This document shows, in pieces, positions 41,329 to 54,600 of a stretch of 64,000 nt of DNA (position 1 is the first letter of the stretch; the number at the start of each line of letters is the position of its first letter). Origin of the DNA: Priapulus caudatus (taxonomy: Eukaryota); contig NW_014577076.1 in NCBI RefSeq assembly GCF_000485595.1, positions 744,727 through 808,726 of the forward strand, in the 5' to 3' direction. Position numbers and translations under genes: made by a program. Under the pieces are notes generated by a model. That model did not search any database. It had not been told where the DNA came from and worked only from the letters and a program-made list of their open reading frames with translations.

Positions 41329-42481
41329 GGCTCCTCTCTAATGACCGGGCTGTTTAAGTGCATGCAAAATTCGTTTCTATTGGCTAAAAGCTCCGGGATT
41401 TTCACGGTGAACGTTTTAAGTGGGCTGGGCCGAGTGGTTTGTCAATCATCAAGTGTCGGTTGACGGGGAGCAATGTTATTGAAATTGTTTTTGAAGCACG
41501 TGATTGGATTGCTATGAGCTTTATAAAGTGGATCATTTATCATCACGTGTCAGCTAAAGTGCACGCGTCTAGTAGGGGGGGGGGGGCTTGATCAGTAAAT
41601 TTTCGCCTGCATGCATACAGGTGTCAAGTTGTACGATGCATTGCCAGTATAATCAACCTAGTGTCCCCCGACCGAGCAGTCAACGAAGTTACTGTTAGGT
41701 GGAGACAACGGTTCCTGCAATTTTTTGGCCTAGTGCACGTGACGTTGCCTCTAATATATTGCTATTGGATCCCACCTTGGTGTAGCCCTCAATGAGAGAT
41801 CTCAGCATATGCTTTCTTGCGTGTAACCACCCTAACTGTGATGCCATGAATGCTGGCTGTAACCATGCCAACTGTAACTGCGGCTTACCTGATCCGTAGC
41901 CTGGGCCCTCAGCCCTCTCAACGCTGCTCACCGACATTGATCCGACAAAAGATACTATTACAAAGTCAATTACATTTAAATAGCGCAGATGATATGCTAA
42001 TGGGATTTGTCTCGTAAGTAATTATGTTTTTGACATTCCATGCTAAAAGCTGGTTGCGCGCACTATGGCTTCTGCTCAGAGTTCTAAACTTTTATCAGTG
42101 TCATTCTCTAGTGGCATTGAGAACGGGTCATGTTTTATTTACGGCAGATATACGTGTCCGCGCGCTGCCGACATTGGTGCTTGGTCTGCTGAGAGGCAGT
42201 TACAACGCTGTTGGCACGAGTGCGCGTTCTCTCTTTCGCCATGCAGCACTTCCCATGGGATGCTGTGAATCCTAATCCACTTGCTCCTATGGTTAGGGGA
42301 GGTCGTCGTTTCAGTAGCTCTCACTTATAGTACTCTTAGGCCATGGTCCGGCCATAATGAGTGAAGTGAATCCAAGAGAGGTCGGGCATTCCACCGTCTT
42401 ATCCGTTTCTTCGCTTAACTTAAATGTTAGGTATATCTGTTGGTGAACTCCGTAAGTACAAGCCGTATATTTGTCTTACAG

Positions 42482-42618
42482 GATCACACGCTAGTGGGCG
42501 GTCCCAATGCCCCCGTGGAGCAGGACATACAGCTCAGTGGCCTGGGCATCATGCCAGAGCACTGCATCGTTGACATCGTTGATGGAGATGTCTTCATGTC
42601 ACCACTGGAGGGCGCTAG
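42482..42618 (+). CDS. KIF13: KIF13 exon, FHA domain N-half ([45 protein letters not shown])
   Basis: Acceptor ttgtcttacag, donor AG|gtgagt, 137 nt, ends phase 2; [12 protein letters not shown] is the kinesin-3 FHA motif. Confidence 0.93.
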
Positions 42619-45600
42619 GTGAGTCACTCGTCTATATATTGCCGTCACTGATCTACAATAACTGGATAATGCATTGTCCCATCACCGCAGTGCAAACAAG
42701 CAGTGTCACCTCGCCACCATGTTGGTTGATCAGCAATCGAGTAAGCGCTTGTTAACTCCACATTGTTAATAAATGCTGGGAACTCGACTTCTGTACAAAT
42801 ACACACTGACCAATATAACAGCCAAATGACATCAGGATTCACACAATTCCCCCGATACTCGCTTCAGTTGTTCTGTATGGGTCAGCGGTCGTTGCACGGG
42901 GAAGGAAGGGCCCACTGCTTTGGCTGGTTGTGGCGAGATGCATGGAAATCCATATCTGCTTGCCACTTACTATTCTTAGTGCGTGTTGGCAACAGCCTCT
43001 CAGAATCTATAGCTGTGTATTTGAGAGCTTTTAATTACCACGCTTAATACCATGTGTTTCCTTTATGTCGGTGGGCGACAATGCTTAGAACTGCGTTTAA
43101 AAGCGTTTTTCGAGCGATTTAGCTGAGAACGCGGACAAATAAGTTATCGTGACATTTACGAGGCATTTCTTCGTATAGTTGCGTTTATCAGCGGTCTTCG
43201 CATTGCGACAGCTAAGTGATTTTTTACACTCGTTGTTCCGTAATGGCGGCTGTTGTGCACAGCCGGCGTCGCTGCGTCTTATCACCTGCTGTGTGTATAG
43301 CGATTTATCACAATTACTCATGTTATAATATACGTGTACACTCAGTGGTACGTTATACGAGAATTTGAATAGCGTGTAGATGGGGGTTGTACATTGACTT
43401 TATTTGTTACCCACGCTGGTTGTGGAATCTTGTAAACGTAACGAACATGCGACTGAAGGAGATGCGTGTTGTGCATAAGTGTAAGTGTAATTGAACCAGT
43501 TAGACTTGATACTGTCCCGCAGATCTTAACTGAATTAATGGCAATCTTGTCTGATTAAGTCCTTATCATGGATGCTTCTATCGCGTGCGTGGGAAGGCCC
43601 TAAACCCACACGCAGACGTCGCACACATACTACAGGAGCAGTCGTTCCGTACTAACTCGGCAGCGGGATAATTGTGTTAGAAGAGTATTGTGTTAGCGGA
43701 ATTAAGTGCTCGTGAAGAGAGGACCTTTAGATTGTATGCTTTTGAAATGAGGCGTTTCGTCACCCCTGAACACACCGCGGCAGTTCGAATCTAAAATTTT
43801 GCTATCACTACAGTGCCTCCGGTCACGTGACAGATCGAGCTAATGTCGGCGGAAATTGCATTGTCGCATGATTTACACCGAAATATATTCCGTAATAAAT
43901 GTCGCATTATCAGAGTTTGTGCTATGGAGTGGCGAGCGTAATTTCAATTGCTGCAGGGGAAATGAAGTACGTTGCAGGCATCTGCTAGCTCCCTGCTGCT
44001 AGCTGTCTGCTGTTAGCTCCCTGCTGCTAGCTCCCTGCTGCTAGCTGTCTGCTGCTAGCTGTCTGCTGCTAGCTGCCTGCTGCTAGCTCCCTGCTGCTAG
44101 CTGTCTGCTGCTAGCTCCTGCTGCTAGCTGTCTGCTGCTAGCTCCTGCTGCTAGCTGTCTGCTACTAGCTGTCTGCTGCTAGCTGTCTGCTGCTAGCTCC
44201 CTGCTGCTAGCTGTCTGCTGCTAGCTGTCTGCTGCTAGCTGTCTGCTGCTAGCTGTCTGCTGCTAGCTGTCTGCTGCTAGCTCCCTGCTGCTAGCTGTCT
44301 GGTCTGGCTGCTATCTCCCGCTGCTGCAGCTGCCTGAGCTAACCTTAGCTGTCTGGCTGCAGCTGTCTGCTGCTAGCTGCTGCCTGCTATCTCCCTGCTG
44401 CTACTCCCTGCACTAAGCTGTCTGCTCTAGCTGGTCTGCTGCTAAGTGTGTCAGATGCTGCTAAAGCTTTCTATGCTGCTAGCTCCCCGCTGCTAGACTC
44501 ACCTGCTGCTAAAGCTTCTGAGCTGCTGAGCTGTCTCTGCTAATTCTGACACCCGTGCCTGCTAAAGTACCCCTGCTACTAGAGCTGTCTGCCTGCTAGC
44601 TGTCTGCCTGCTAAGCTCCCTTGCTGCTAATCTCCCTGCTGCTAGCTGTCTGCTGGCTGGAAGCCTGTTTTGCCCTTGCTAGCTGCCCATGCTCTCCAAG
44701 GCTGTACGCTGCTGAAGCTGTTTGCTGGCTCAGCTACCTGCTGCTAAGCTGGTCTGCCTGCGCTAGTTCCTGCTGTCTAGCCTGTCATGGCTACCAGGCT
44801 GTCTGCCTGTTAAGCTCCTGCCTGCTAAACGCTGTCTGCTGCTATCTCGCCCGGCTAAGCTGTCCTGCTGTTAGCTCCCCTGCTGCTAGCCTCTCTGCTA
44901 TGCCTCCCTGCTGCTAATGCTTGTCTGCTGCAGCTCCCTGGCTGCTTACTGTCCTGCTGGCTCGCTGTCTGCTGCTTTAGCTCCCTGCTGCTAAACTGAT
45001 GGTCTGCTAACTGTGCTGGCCTAATGCTGCTGCCTAGCTGGTCTGCTGGCGACGCTCTTGCTGCTACTCCTGCCTGCAAGCTGTCTGCCATGCTAGCGTT
45101 TCTGGCTAGGCTCCCCCTGCCTGCTAATCTGCTGCTGGCTAGCCTCCCTGCTGCTAGCTGTCTGCTGTTATGCTCCTTGTTGTTTATCTCCTGCTGCCTA
45201 ACGCCTGTCGTGCTGCTAGCTGTCTGCTGCTAGTTGGTCTGCTTGCTGAAGCTGTCTAGCTACTAAGCGTCTTGCTGCTAAGACTAGCAACTACAACTCC
45301 GCTGCTAGGCTCGTCTCGCGCATAAGGCGTTTGCATGCTGCTGTCTGCGCTAAAATCTCCTGCTGGGCTAGCTGTCTGGCTAACCTAGTGCTGTCTGCTG
45401 CTAGCCTGTCTGCCTGGCTACTGTCTGCTGCTAGCTGCTCTGCTAAGCCTGTCTGCTACCTAGCTGTCTGTGTCTAAGCTGTCTGCTGGCCAGCTGTCGA
45501 TGCTACTTAAAGCTGTCTGGGCTACTAGCTGTCTGCTGCTAGCTGTCTGCTGGCTAGCTGTCTGCTGCTAAGCTCGTCTGGCCTGCCATCGAGCTGTCTG

Positions 45601-48600
45601 GCACTAGCTGTCGCTGCCTGCTGTCTGGCTGCTCGACTGGCTGCTGTAAGCTGTTTGCTTGCTAAGCACCTGCTGCTAGCTGTCTGCTGTCTAGCTCGCG
45701 CGCTAGCTGTCTGCTGCGTACTGGTTGCTGCTACTGTCTGACTGGCTAGCTGTCTGCTGCTATCGCGCCTGCGCTAAGCTGTCTGCTACTAGCTGTCCTG
45801 CTGCTAGCTGTCTGGCTGGCTAACTGACTGCTTCGCTAGCGCCCTGCTGCTAGCTGTCTAGCTGCCTAAGCTGTCGTGCTACTAGCTGTCCTGCTGCTAA
45901 ACAAGTTGTCTGCTGCTTTAAGCTGTCCTGCTGGCTAGACGTGTCTGCTGGCTAAAAGCTTGTCTGCTACTCAGCGTGCTGGCTGGCTAGCTGTCTGCCT
46001 AGGCCGTAGCTGTCTGCTGCTAGCTTTCTGCTAACTAGGCTGTTTCTGCCTGGCTAGCTGTCTGGCTGCTAGCTGTCTGCCTGCCTTAAACGCTCGTCTA
46101 GCCTCTAAAGCTGTCTGCTAACTAGCTGTCTGCTACCTAAAGCTAGTCTGCTGGGCTAGCTGTCTGCTAAAAACTAGCTGTGCTGCCTCTACTGCTGGCT
46201 GCTAGCTGTTCGCTCGCTCAGCGTCTGCTGCTAGCTGTCTGCCTACTAGAGCTCGTCTGCTGCTAGCGTGTCTGCTACTACGCTTGTCTGCTCTAGCTGT
46301 CTGCTACTAAGCTGTGCTGGCTTACCCTAAGCTCGTCTGCTGCTAGTTGTCCTGCTATGCTGGAGTCTGGTCACTGCTTGCTAAGCCTGCTGCCTACTAA
46401 AGCCTGTCTGCTGCTAGCTGTATCCCTGCTACCTAGCTGCGTGCGTGATAGCTGTCTGGCTGCTAAGCTGTCTGCTGGCTAGCGTGTCTGCTGCTAGCTG
46501 TCTGCTATAGCTGTCTGCTGACTCTGTGCTGCTGCTATCGTGTCTGCCCTACTTAGCTGGTTCCTGCCTGCTAGCTGTTCTGCTGCTAGCTGTCTGTGCT
46601 AGCTGTCCCTGCTGCTAGCCTGTCTGCGTCGTAGCTGTCTGCTATAGCTGTCTCTGGCTAGGCTGTCCTGCTAGACTAGCTGTCTGCTGGCTAGCTGTCC
46701 CCTGCTGCCTAGCTGATCTGCTACTCGGCTTGTCTCTGCAGCCTTCTGCTCGCTAGCTGTCCTGCTGCCTAGCTGTCTGCTGCTAGCTCCGCTGCACTAG
46801 TCCTTGCTGCAGAGCTGTGCTGCTAAGCTGTCTGCTAGCTAGCTGTCTGCTGCTAAAAGGTCTGCCTGCTAAAGCTGCGTGCTGCCCAGCTGTTGCTCGC
46901 TACTGTCCTGCTGCTAAGGCTTTCTGCTGCTAGCTCCCTGCGCTACTGTCTGCTGCTAGCCTGTATGCGAGGCTGTCTGCTGATACGCTCCCGCCTGCTG
47001 AGCGTAAGCTCATGTGCTAACTACTGACTACCTAGCCCTAAACTGCACTGCCTACTAGCTCAAGTGTGCGAGCACCTGACTCCTAGCTACTCACTGCTAG
47101 CTAGTCCCTGCTAATTACTCATTGCTAGCTAGTCACTGCCAGCTACTCACTGCTGGATACTCACTGCTGGCTTCATTCTGTTAGCTACTCACTGTAGCTA
47201 ACTCACTGCTCAGCCTTTTCTTCTGTTAGCCCTACTGCACTGCTAGCTACATCGACTGCGCCTAGCCATTTCTCGTTACGCTACTCACTGCTACGAGCTA
47301 AGCTCACCTCGCTCCCGCTACTTACCTGGCTAGATAACCACTGCTAGCTTTCTTCTGTTTAAGCTATGTTCACTGCTGCTACTCACTGCTGGCTTACTCA
47401 ACTGCTACCTAACTCCGCTGGCTGGCTACTCACTGCTCCTACTCACTGCCTAGATACTCCACTGGCTACTACCTCAACCGCTAGCTTTCTCTCGTAGCCC
47501 ACTACCTCACTGCACCCTACTCACCTGCAGCCCTACTTAATGGCTATCTACTACCTGCTGCGCTAACTCCACTGCTTAGATACTCACTGCACTTAGCTTC
47601 ACCCCTGCTAGCTACTCACTGGCGCCTACTCAACTACTCCTGCGCTACCTCCACTGCTAGATCACTCACTACTCCATTCTAGATACTCACTCTCTTACTA
47701 GCTACTCCATGCTGGCTACGTCACTGCTACTACTTTAATGACCTCTAGCTCACCTGCTGGCTACTCACTGCCTCAGCATACTCCCAACTACGGATGATAC
47801 ACGTACTGTCGATCTACCAATTGCACTGGACCTACTCACTGCTGCCTGTACTCACTGCTACCTACCTCTAATCGGGCTATCTTAACCCCGCTCACTGCTC
47901 TAGCGGTCAAACTGCTAAGATACTACTGCCACACATACACAAATCAGCCTGCTGGCTACTCCAACTGCTCAGAATACCTGCACTAGCACTTCACTCCCGG
48001 CTGGCTACTCACACTGGCTGAGACTCTACCTCACCGGGCTCACCAACTACTCCCTGCTTGGGCTGACTCACTGCCGAGCTAGCTACCACTGCTGGCTAAC
48101 CTGGGTCCACGACGTCGCTAGCCCGCTAACCTCAAGCCGTCGGCTAGCCTAGCTTCATTACCTAGCCGTACCAGCCACTGCCTGGCTACTCACTGGCTAG
48201 ACGCGTACCTTTAGACGTGCTATCTAAACAACTGCTGTCTACAATCCTCTACTTAATCGCTGGCTACTCGCACCTGGCCAACTACTACAACGCGCTGCCT
48301 AAAGACATAGCAACTACACAGAGCTCCAAGCCACAACTCACCGCCCCTCCGCACGCTGCTACTCAGACTGTGCCGTGGCTGACCTTCACCGCTACCTAAG
48401 CTCACCTGCTGCGTACTCCAGCTGCTAAGCCTACTAAACTCATGTCAATCTACTCACGCTGCTGGCGTAAACTCCCTGCCATCTACGCGTGACGTTCGGC
48501 TAGCTAGCCTCCCATTCTCTGCCTCGGCTGACTCACTACTCACTAGGCTGGCCATATCACCCTGTCAGATACCACTGCCTAGCTACTCCACTGGGTCGTA

Positions 48601-51600
48601 ACCTACTCATCGCGGCACCTAGATACTCGGACTGCTGCGTAGTCACTGCGTGAGCTAGCTCAACGCGCGTGTTACACTACATCGCATGTACTAATCACAT
48701 CACTGCTTAGCGTACGTTAAGTGATCATCCGTACCTCACCTGTTGCCGGCTACACTACACCTCGCCTAGATACTCACTGCTACCCACTCACCTGAGTGGG
48801 CTAGACCCTCACTACCTCATTAACGTAGAATACTCACCCTGCGCACGCTAGCCTAGGCAGCGCCTAGCCTAGCTTAACTGGCGTATGCCGTACTCACCCA
48901 GCTGCTACCTCACGTACTGACATGAAAGCTAGACACTAGTTCACGTGACTAGCAGTACGCCAGGCTGCTAGGCGGAGCTGCACTGCTAAGACTACTCCCA
49001 TCCCCATCTGCCTCCGAAACAGCGGGCGCAATCGGAAGGGAAGGCAGGGCGAAGGGCAACAAGAGCGGAGAGATTTGGAGCTAGGCGCGAGCAGTCGAGT
49101 AGCCTAGCAGATAAAGAGGTATGCGTGGGGAGTCCCTGAATATCTAGCGCTAATGATAGTGAGGTACGCGACAGCAGTCCGAGTAGGATGGTCAGAGCAT
49201 TAAGTAGGCTACGTCGAGTGGAGGTAGCCTAGGAGAGCGATATCCTAAAGTAATGATACCGATGAGGTAGGTCCCTTCCAGCTGAAGTAGCCCGTAGCAA
49301 TGATCGTATGGCCTTAGGGGCAGTGGGGGAGTAGTCCCGAACAGGTCGAGTATAGACGTACTCTCATCGGTGAAGTACCGTAGCAGTGCGAGATATCACG
49401 TAGTCACTAGACCGTAGGTTAAACAGTGCGGCATACTAGCAACGCTGAGGTAGCCAGCAGTGGTACCCTAGTGGATGAGTATTTGAAGAGTGCAGTAGCT
49501 AGGCACCTGAGCTCAACTGCCTTAGCAGGTGGATAGACCAGAGTGGCGAGCTAGTGAGGTAGCCAGCAGCCAGTGAGTACAATAGCAGGTGATCAAGCGT
49601 CACTGGAGGCTAGACGGCGCCAAGTGAGGTGAAAGTGTTTTAGTAGTCATGATTAGAGAGCAGGGCGGGAGACACTACCACGCGCCTGATCGTCGAGCAG
49701 GCCGTAGCTACGGAGTAGCGCCCCGCGCCGAAGGGCAGTCCCAGCATCGGCACCGTACGGCGCTACTGGTGAGTAGGACGACCGCCAGGTGAGTCAGTAG
49801 GGCCGACCGGCGCGCGCGCTCCCGCGCCAGCAGATGGACGCCGTTGAGCTGCCAGTGGACTAAGCAGTGAAGCCTACTCACTAGCAGCGCTGGACAGGTA
49901 AGCGCGCGAACAGCGCCCAAGCAGGATGAGAGACCTCAAGGCGACGCGACGAGCAGCCAGCATGAAGAGACCGGCCACCGCCAAGTGCCAGCTGCACGTG
50001 AGAAGCTACGGGCATGTAGAGGCTAGCAGCACCACGCGTAGCACGGTGACGGCTAGGGATAGACCCCGAAAGGCGCAGTGATAGGAGTAGTAAGTTGAGT
50101 AGCAGGCTGACGATGTGAGTTAGCCAGCCGAGTGCGGAAGTCCAGGCCCCGACGGCGAGTTGTGAGTAGCGTAGCAGCTGCCGAGTAGCGGGTCGGGGTT
50201 CGACCGCGGCAGTGAAGCTAGGCTAGCTAATGGCACTTATCGCCGGCTAGCACGCTGAGTAGCCAGCAGTGAGTAAGGTAGGCACAGGGTGAGCTGATCG
50301 TAGCAGTCGCGCAGGTAGGCCGCCGAGCGGCAGTGAGCTAGAGCTAGGGCAGTGAAGTAGTGGCGCGCGGTAACGCAGTGAGTAGAGCACAGTTGGAGCG
50401 TAGCTGATCACGCAATTACAGCAGCAGCTGCCCTGAAGCAGTCGCAACTAGCCCCAGCAGTCGGGTAGTAGGAGACGTAAGTCAAAGATAGGAGTAAGTC
50501 GCAGCTGCGCGATCAGAATGAAGTAGCAGTAGGGCGGTCAATCCGAGTAATACTAGCACAGTAAAAAGAGGTAGCCAGCGTTGAGTAATAGCAGTTAACT
50601 GCGTGAGCACTAGGCGAGTGAAAGCGATGAGAGACCTCCCAAACGCGAGAGCCAGTGAGTACTGCCTACGGTAACATACGAAAGTACGGATGAAAGTCAT
50701 GCCGCAGCAAGGAGGTAATAACGCGAGCGTATGGACGAGTAGTTACGGTAGCAGGGGATAGGGAGAATAAACAGCACAAGCAGCTGGAAATAGCAAGGGT
50801 GGAAGTCGCAGACAGATCAGGCTCAGGTGGAACAAGCGTGACTAAAGAGCCAAGAGAAGAGATATCTCTAGGCAGTCGCAACGCGTAGGCACCGAGCAGC
50901 TGGCAGCGCACAATACGCATCCGGGCTCGGCAGACTCGAGCCGCGAGGAATCATAAGCCAGTGGACGTGGAGGCGCGCCCACGTACGAAGTCCGAGAACC
51001 CTCATTCGACGCCCATGCCAACCCCAGCACCGGCACTCACCCAACTTAACGCCTCAAGGCGCCACGCCACAGCGAGCTAGGCGTAGCCCAGCCATGGCGT
51101 CATCCCTACGGCGCCAAGTGAGGTCCAGCGTAGCCGAGCGTGAAGCATAGCCACCCAGCAGCAGCCGCCGCCACACAGAGCCGGCACACCGTGCCCCAGC
51201 TCGCGCAGCTACGCGCCCGCGCCCACCCCCCGCCACCCGCAAGCCGACCGTGCCGCCCGTCGCTGCCGCGCTTGAGCGGGGCGGAGATAGGACGGGCCCA
51301 GGCAGCCGAGTGGAATAGGCTAACCGCAGAGCAGAAAGCATCAGCCAGTCGCGAGTATCTACGGCAGTGACGGCTACCCCGCGCCCGGCCCGCCAGCAAA
51401 CGTGGACGGTCTAGCTCTCGCAGCTGAGAGTAAGGTCCCTAACAGCGGCACAGACAGAGCTCAGGCAAGGTGAGATAGGACCGAGTAAAGCGCCAGAGTT
51501 GAGTAGGCCGCCTAACAAGAGGGTAGAAAAGCTAAGGCAAGCGGTCCCGAGTAGGATCTAGCGAGTCAGTGCACGCTAGCTAACAAATGAAGCGACAGTG

Positions 51601-54600
51601 AGTATGCCCCAGCAGATAGACGTAGGCTGCAGTGACCTAGCTAGCATCAGTGAATGTAAGCAGGACGTCGAGCCTCACGGCCGAGTGAGGTACTAGGGAG
51701 TCCAGGCGTGCTCGCGCGGCACGATGACCTAGCCGGTACGCGGAGCCCAGTGGAGGGGGTAGCCCGTACGGAGTGTCCTAGCTAGACCGGTGGAGCCAAC
51801 CCGAAGCGTGATGGGGGGGAGGGTCGCTAGGAGGCCGGAGCCGATAGGGCGCGGTAGGTGTGGGCGGGGCCGCGCCGGACGGGGAGCGCGAGCGACGAGC
51901 TCGCGCCAGCGACGCACGCAGCATAGCAGCACGAGCAGCCTTAAGCAGGCAGGAGAGCTACGCAGACAGGAAGACTGACAGCGGAGACAGCTGCAGCAGG
52001 TCGCCAAACCAAGTCGCTGAGCAGGAACAACACAGGCAGCTAGCAGCGACGACAGCGTTAGCAGCCGCACAGAGCGCTAGTATGGCACGACGCGACAGCT
52101 GAGCCGGCATCAGCTAGAGCGAAGGNNNNNNNNNNNNNNNNNNNNNNNNNCTACTTACTGCTGGCTACTCACTGCTACCTACTCACTGCTGGCTACTCAC
52201 TGCTACCTACTTACTGCTAGCTACTTAATGCTAGATACTCACTGCTGGCTACTCACTGCTACCTACTCACTGCTGGCTACTCACTGCTAGCTACTTAATG
52301 CTAGATACTCACTGCTAGCTACTCACTGCTAGCTTTCTTCTGTTAGCTACTCACTGCTAGCTACTCACTGCTAGATACTCACTGCTAACTACTCACTGGT
52401 AGCTACTCACTGCTAGCTTTCTTCTGTTACTACTTCCAATTTACTCCAATGTCAAGCTCATCAGTGAGACCACATTGTCCTTGCTTGAGACATTTAAACA
52501 TTGGCACTCTGGGTAAGTTACTGCACGGGCTGCCTAGCTTTCCATGCGTACTGCACATGTCACTGAGAACTGTCTACCACAGTCGCAAACTACTCGGCGT
52601 AGTGTGAGTAGAGCTGGTGATAAATATTAGCATTTTAATGCAGGGACCCATCATTTTGACACATGCACCTAGGATATTTTGGATATTTAGGGATCCACTG
52701 CTGCAAAACCCCCTCAATTTACATACAGGACTAAGGGGTGTTGCTGAAAGTCCCGACAATTTGTACATAGGCAGCTAGGATCCACGATTTCTACACAGGA
52801 ACTCCTGGTATTGCCGTGCGGTCAGACAATTTGCATACAGGAAGCCATGGCTTGGCTTCAGGGATCTGCGATTTTTATACAGTAACCAAAGATAGGCTTG
52901 TTGCTGGGACCCGCCATTTATAAGCAGAACCACATGGTCTATCTGCAGGGGCAGTCGATTTGCATACAGTAGCCAATGATATTGCTGGTACCCACAATTT
53001 ATAAACAGAACTCCAGGATATATCTGCAGGGACAAACAATTTGCACACGGGAAGGAAAGATATTGCTGTAGGGACCCGCAATTTGCATACAGGAAGCCAG
53101 CGTATTTCTGCACGCCCCCACTATTTTAATAGAATACTCATATTATCGATCGATGGCCGACCCATAATATTGATTCAGGAAAGCACCGCTGGCATGGGAT
53201 GGCAACATGTTCCACACGTAGCTATCACGTTATTGCATCAGCGTCTCGCGCCACTAAGAAAGTAAAACTAGAAAGATCACAAGCATTGCTACGAACGAAC
53301 GAGATCGGCACGGTTAGGAATTTACATGAGTGAGACAGAGGTCTGGACTATCGTTACATCAGTACATGACGCAGATCTACTGCCCTATCCTATAAATGTT
53401 TGACGACCTTAGCTGTAATTTTAGCAATGAGCAATTGAGATTTTACAACATTTATCTGCTTGATAGGAAGAACGCCGATTTTTGTGCGCGTGTATGTTCA
53501 CCATCATGTTCATTGATATCAAATAGGTGACAACGGACTTTCTCTAACATTATCGGCAAGAATACTGCAACTGGATCTGTCCGCAATCTCGAACAATCTA
53601 ACGACCCGTCACATGCACTTATGCAGTAGCTATCGCCGATGTGCATGAACTCCTTCCATGGATTACCTACAAGATATTTAAACCACCAGCGATCTGTGCA
53701 TGGGGTGCATGGGACACTACGTTTCAGAACTGTTGGCGTGGTGCTAACTTGTCCAAACAATATTATAGCAGTTAGCGGACGAGAAAGAACATTTAGCTTT
53801 TCATTGCCCGTGGCAGCACCCAAAGCCGTTCGCGTATACCTCGTAACACTGCTGGGACAAAATGTAGAAGAAAAGAACGGTATATCTACACAGCTTTTTT
53901 CCGCATAGTCTTTTCAAAAACATTTGGCTTTCACGTTATCTTCTGTCTTAAATTGTTCCAATTCATTCAGATCAGTGCAATTGTAACGGGATAGAATTAC
54001 TCATTTCCTCCAGTTGACAATAAATACGTTGATTTCAATGCATAGAAAGCTTTATGCTTCTTTTCCTAAAGATCTCTGTTACCGCAGCTTTACAAACGTT
54101 TAGCTGTTAATGAATTTAGACAGTAATTCGCATTTAATTGCGTTCTCTTCACATTTATAATTGAATTGTGATAATTGCTTTATTTGCTATATATTCACAC
54201 AAAATGTTTTTAATGGTCAATCTGCTCTTCCGCGCATTTAAAGTTTAATACCATCCTTCGGGAGTTGTAACTGTATAGCGTGTTATAGTCGCAGACGTAT
54301 AGAATTCTATCCTCAGCCGTGACCGGATTCGAATTTACGCTGAATGACACGCGCTCTGTGAGACGCGTTTAGAGTGCGTTAATTGCGCCATTGCAAGAAA
54401 TTTAAGTTGTGTCATTATTCGAGCGTGCTCAAGTGCAACGCTGCAGCGCCCAAGCTTTTAGTGTCGAAAAAATATTATCACCGATGTTTTTCCGCCGTGT
54501 GTTCGAAGTGCGCCATGAATTGCTGCGTGAAGCTGTGGTGGCGGCGGCGGCGGCGGCGGCGGTGGGCGGCGGCGGCGGCGGCGGTGGTGGTGGGGTGGGG

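Noticed and set aside
49708..52102. Cluster of GC-rich ORFs
   Set aside because: They lie in the noisy fold-back segment that is probably an artefact.
53452..53908. Overlapping 123-aa and 89-aa ORFs as a transposase or nested gene
   Set aside because: No motif that I could recognise; BLASTX would be needed.
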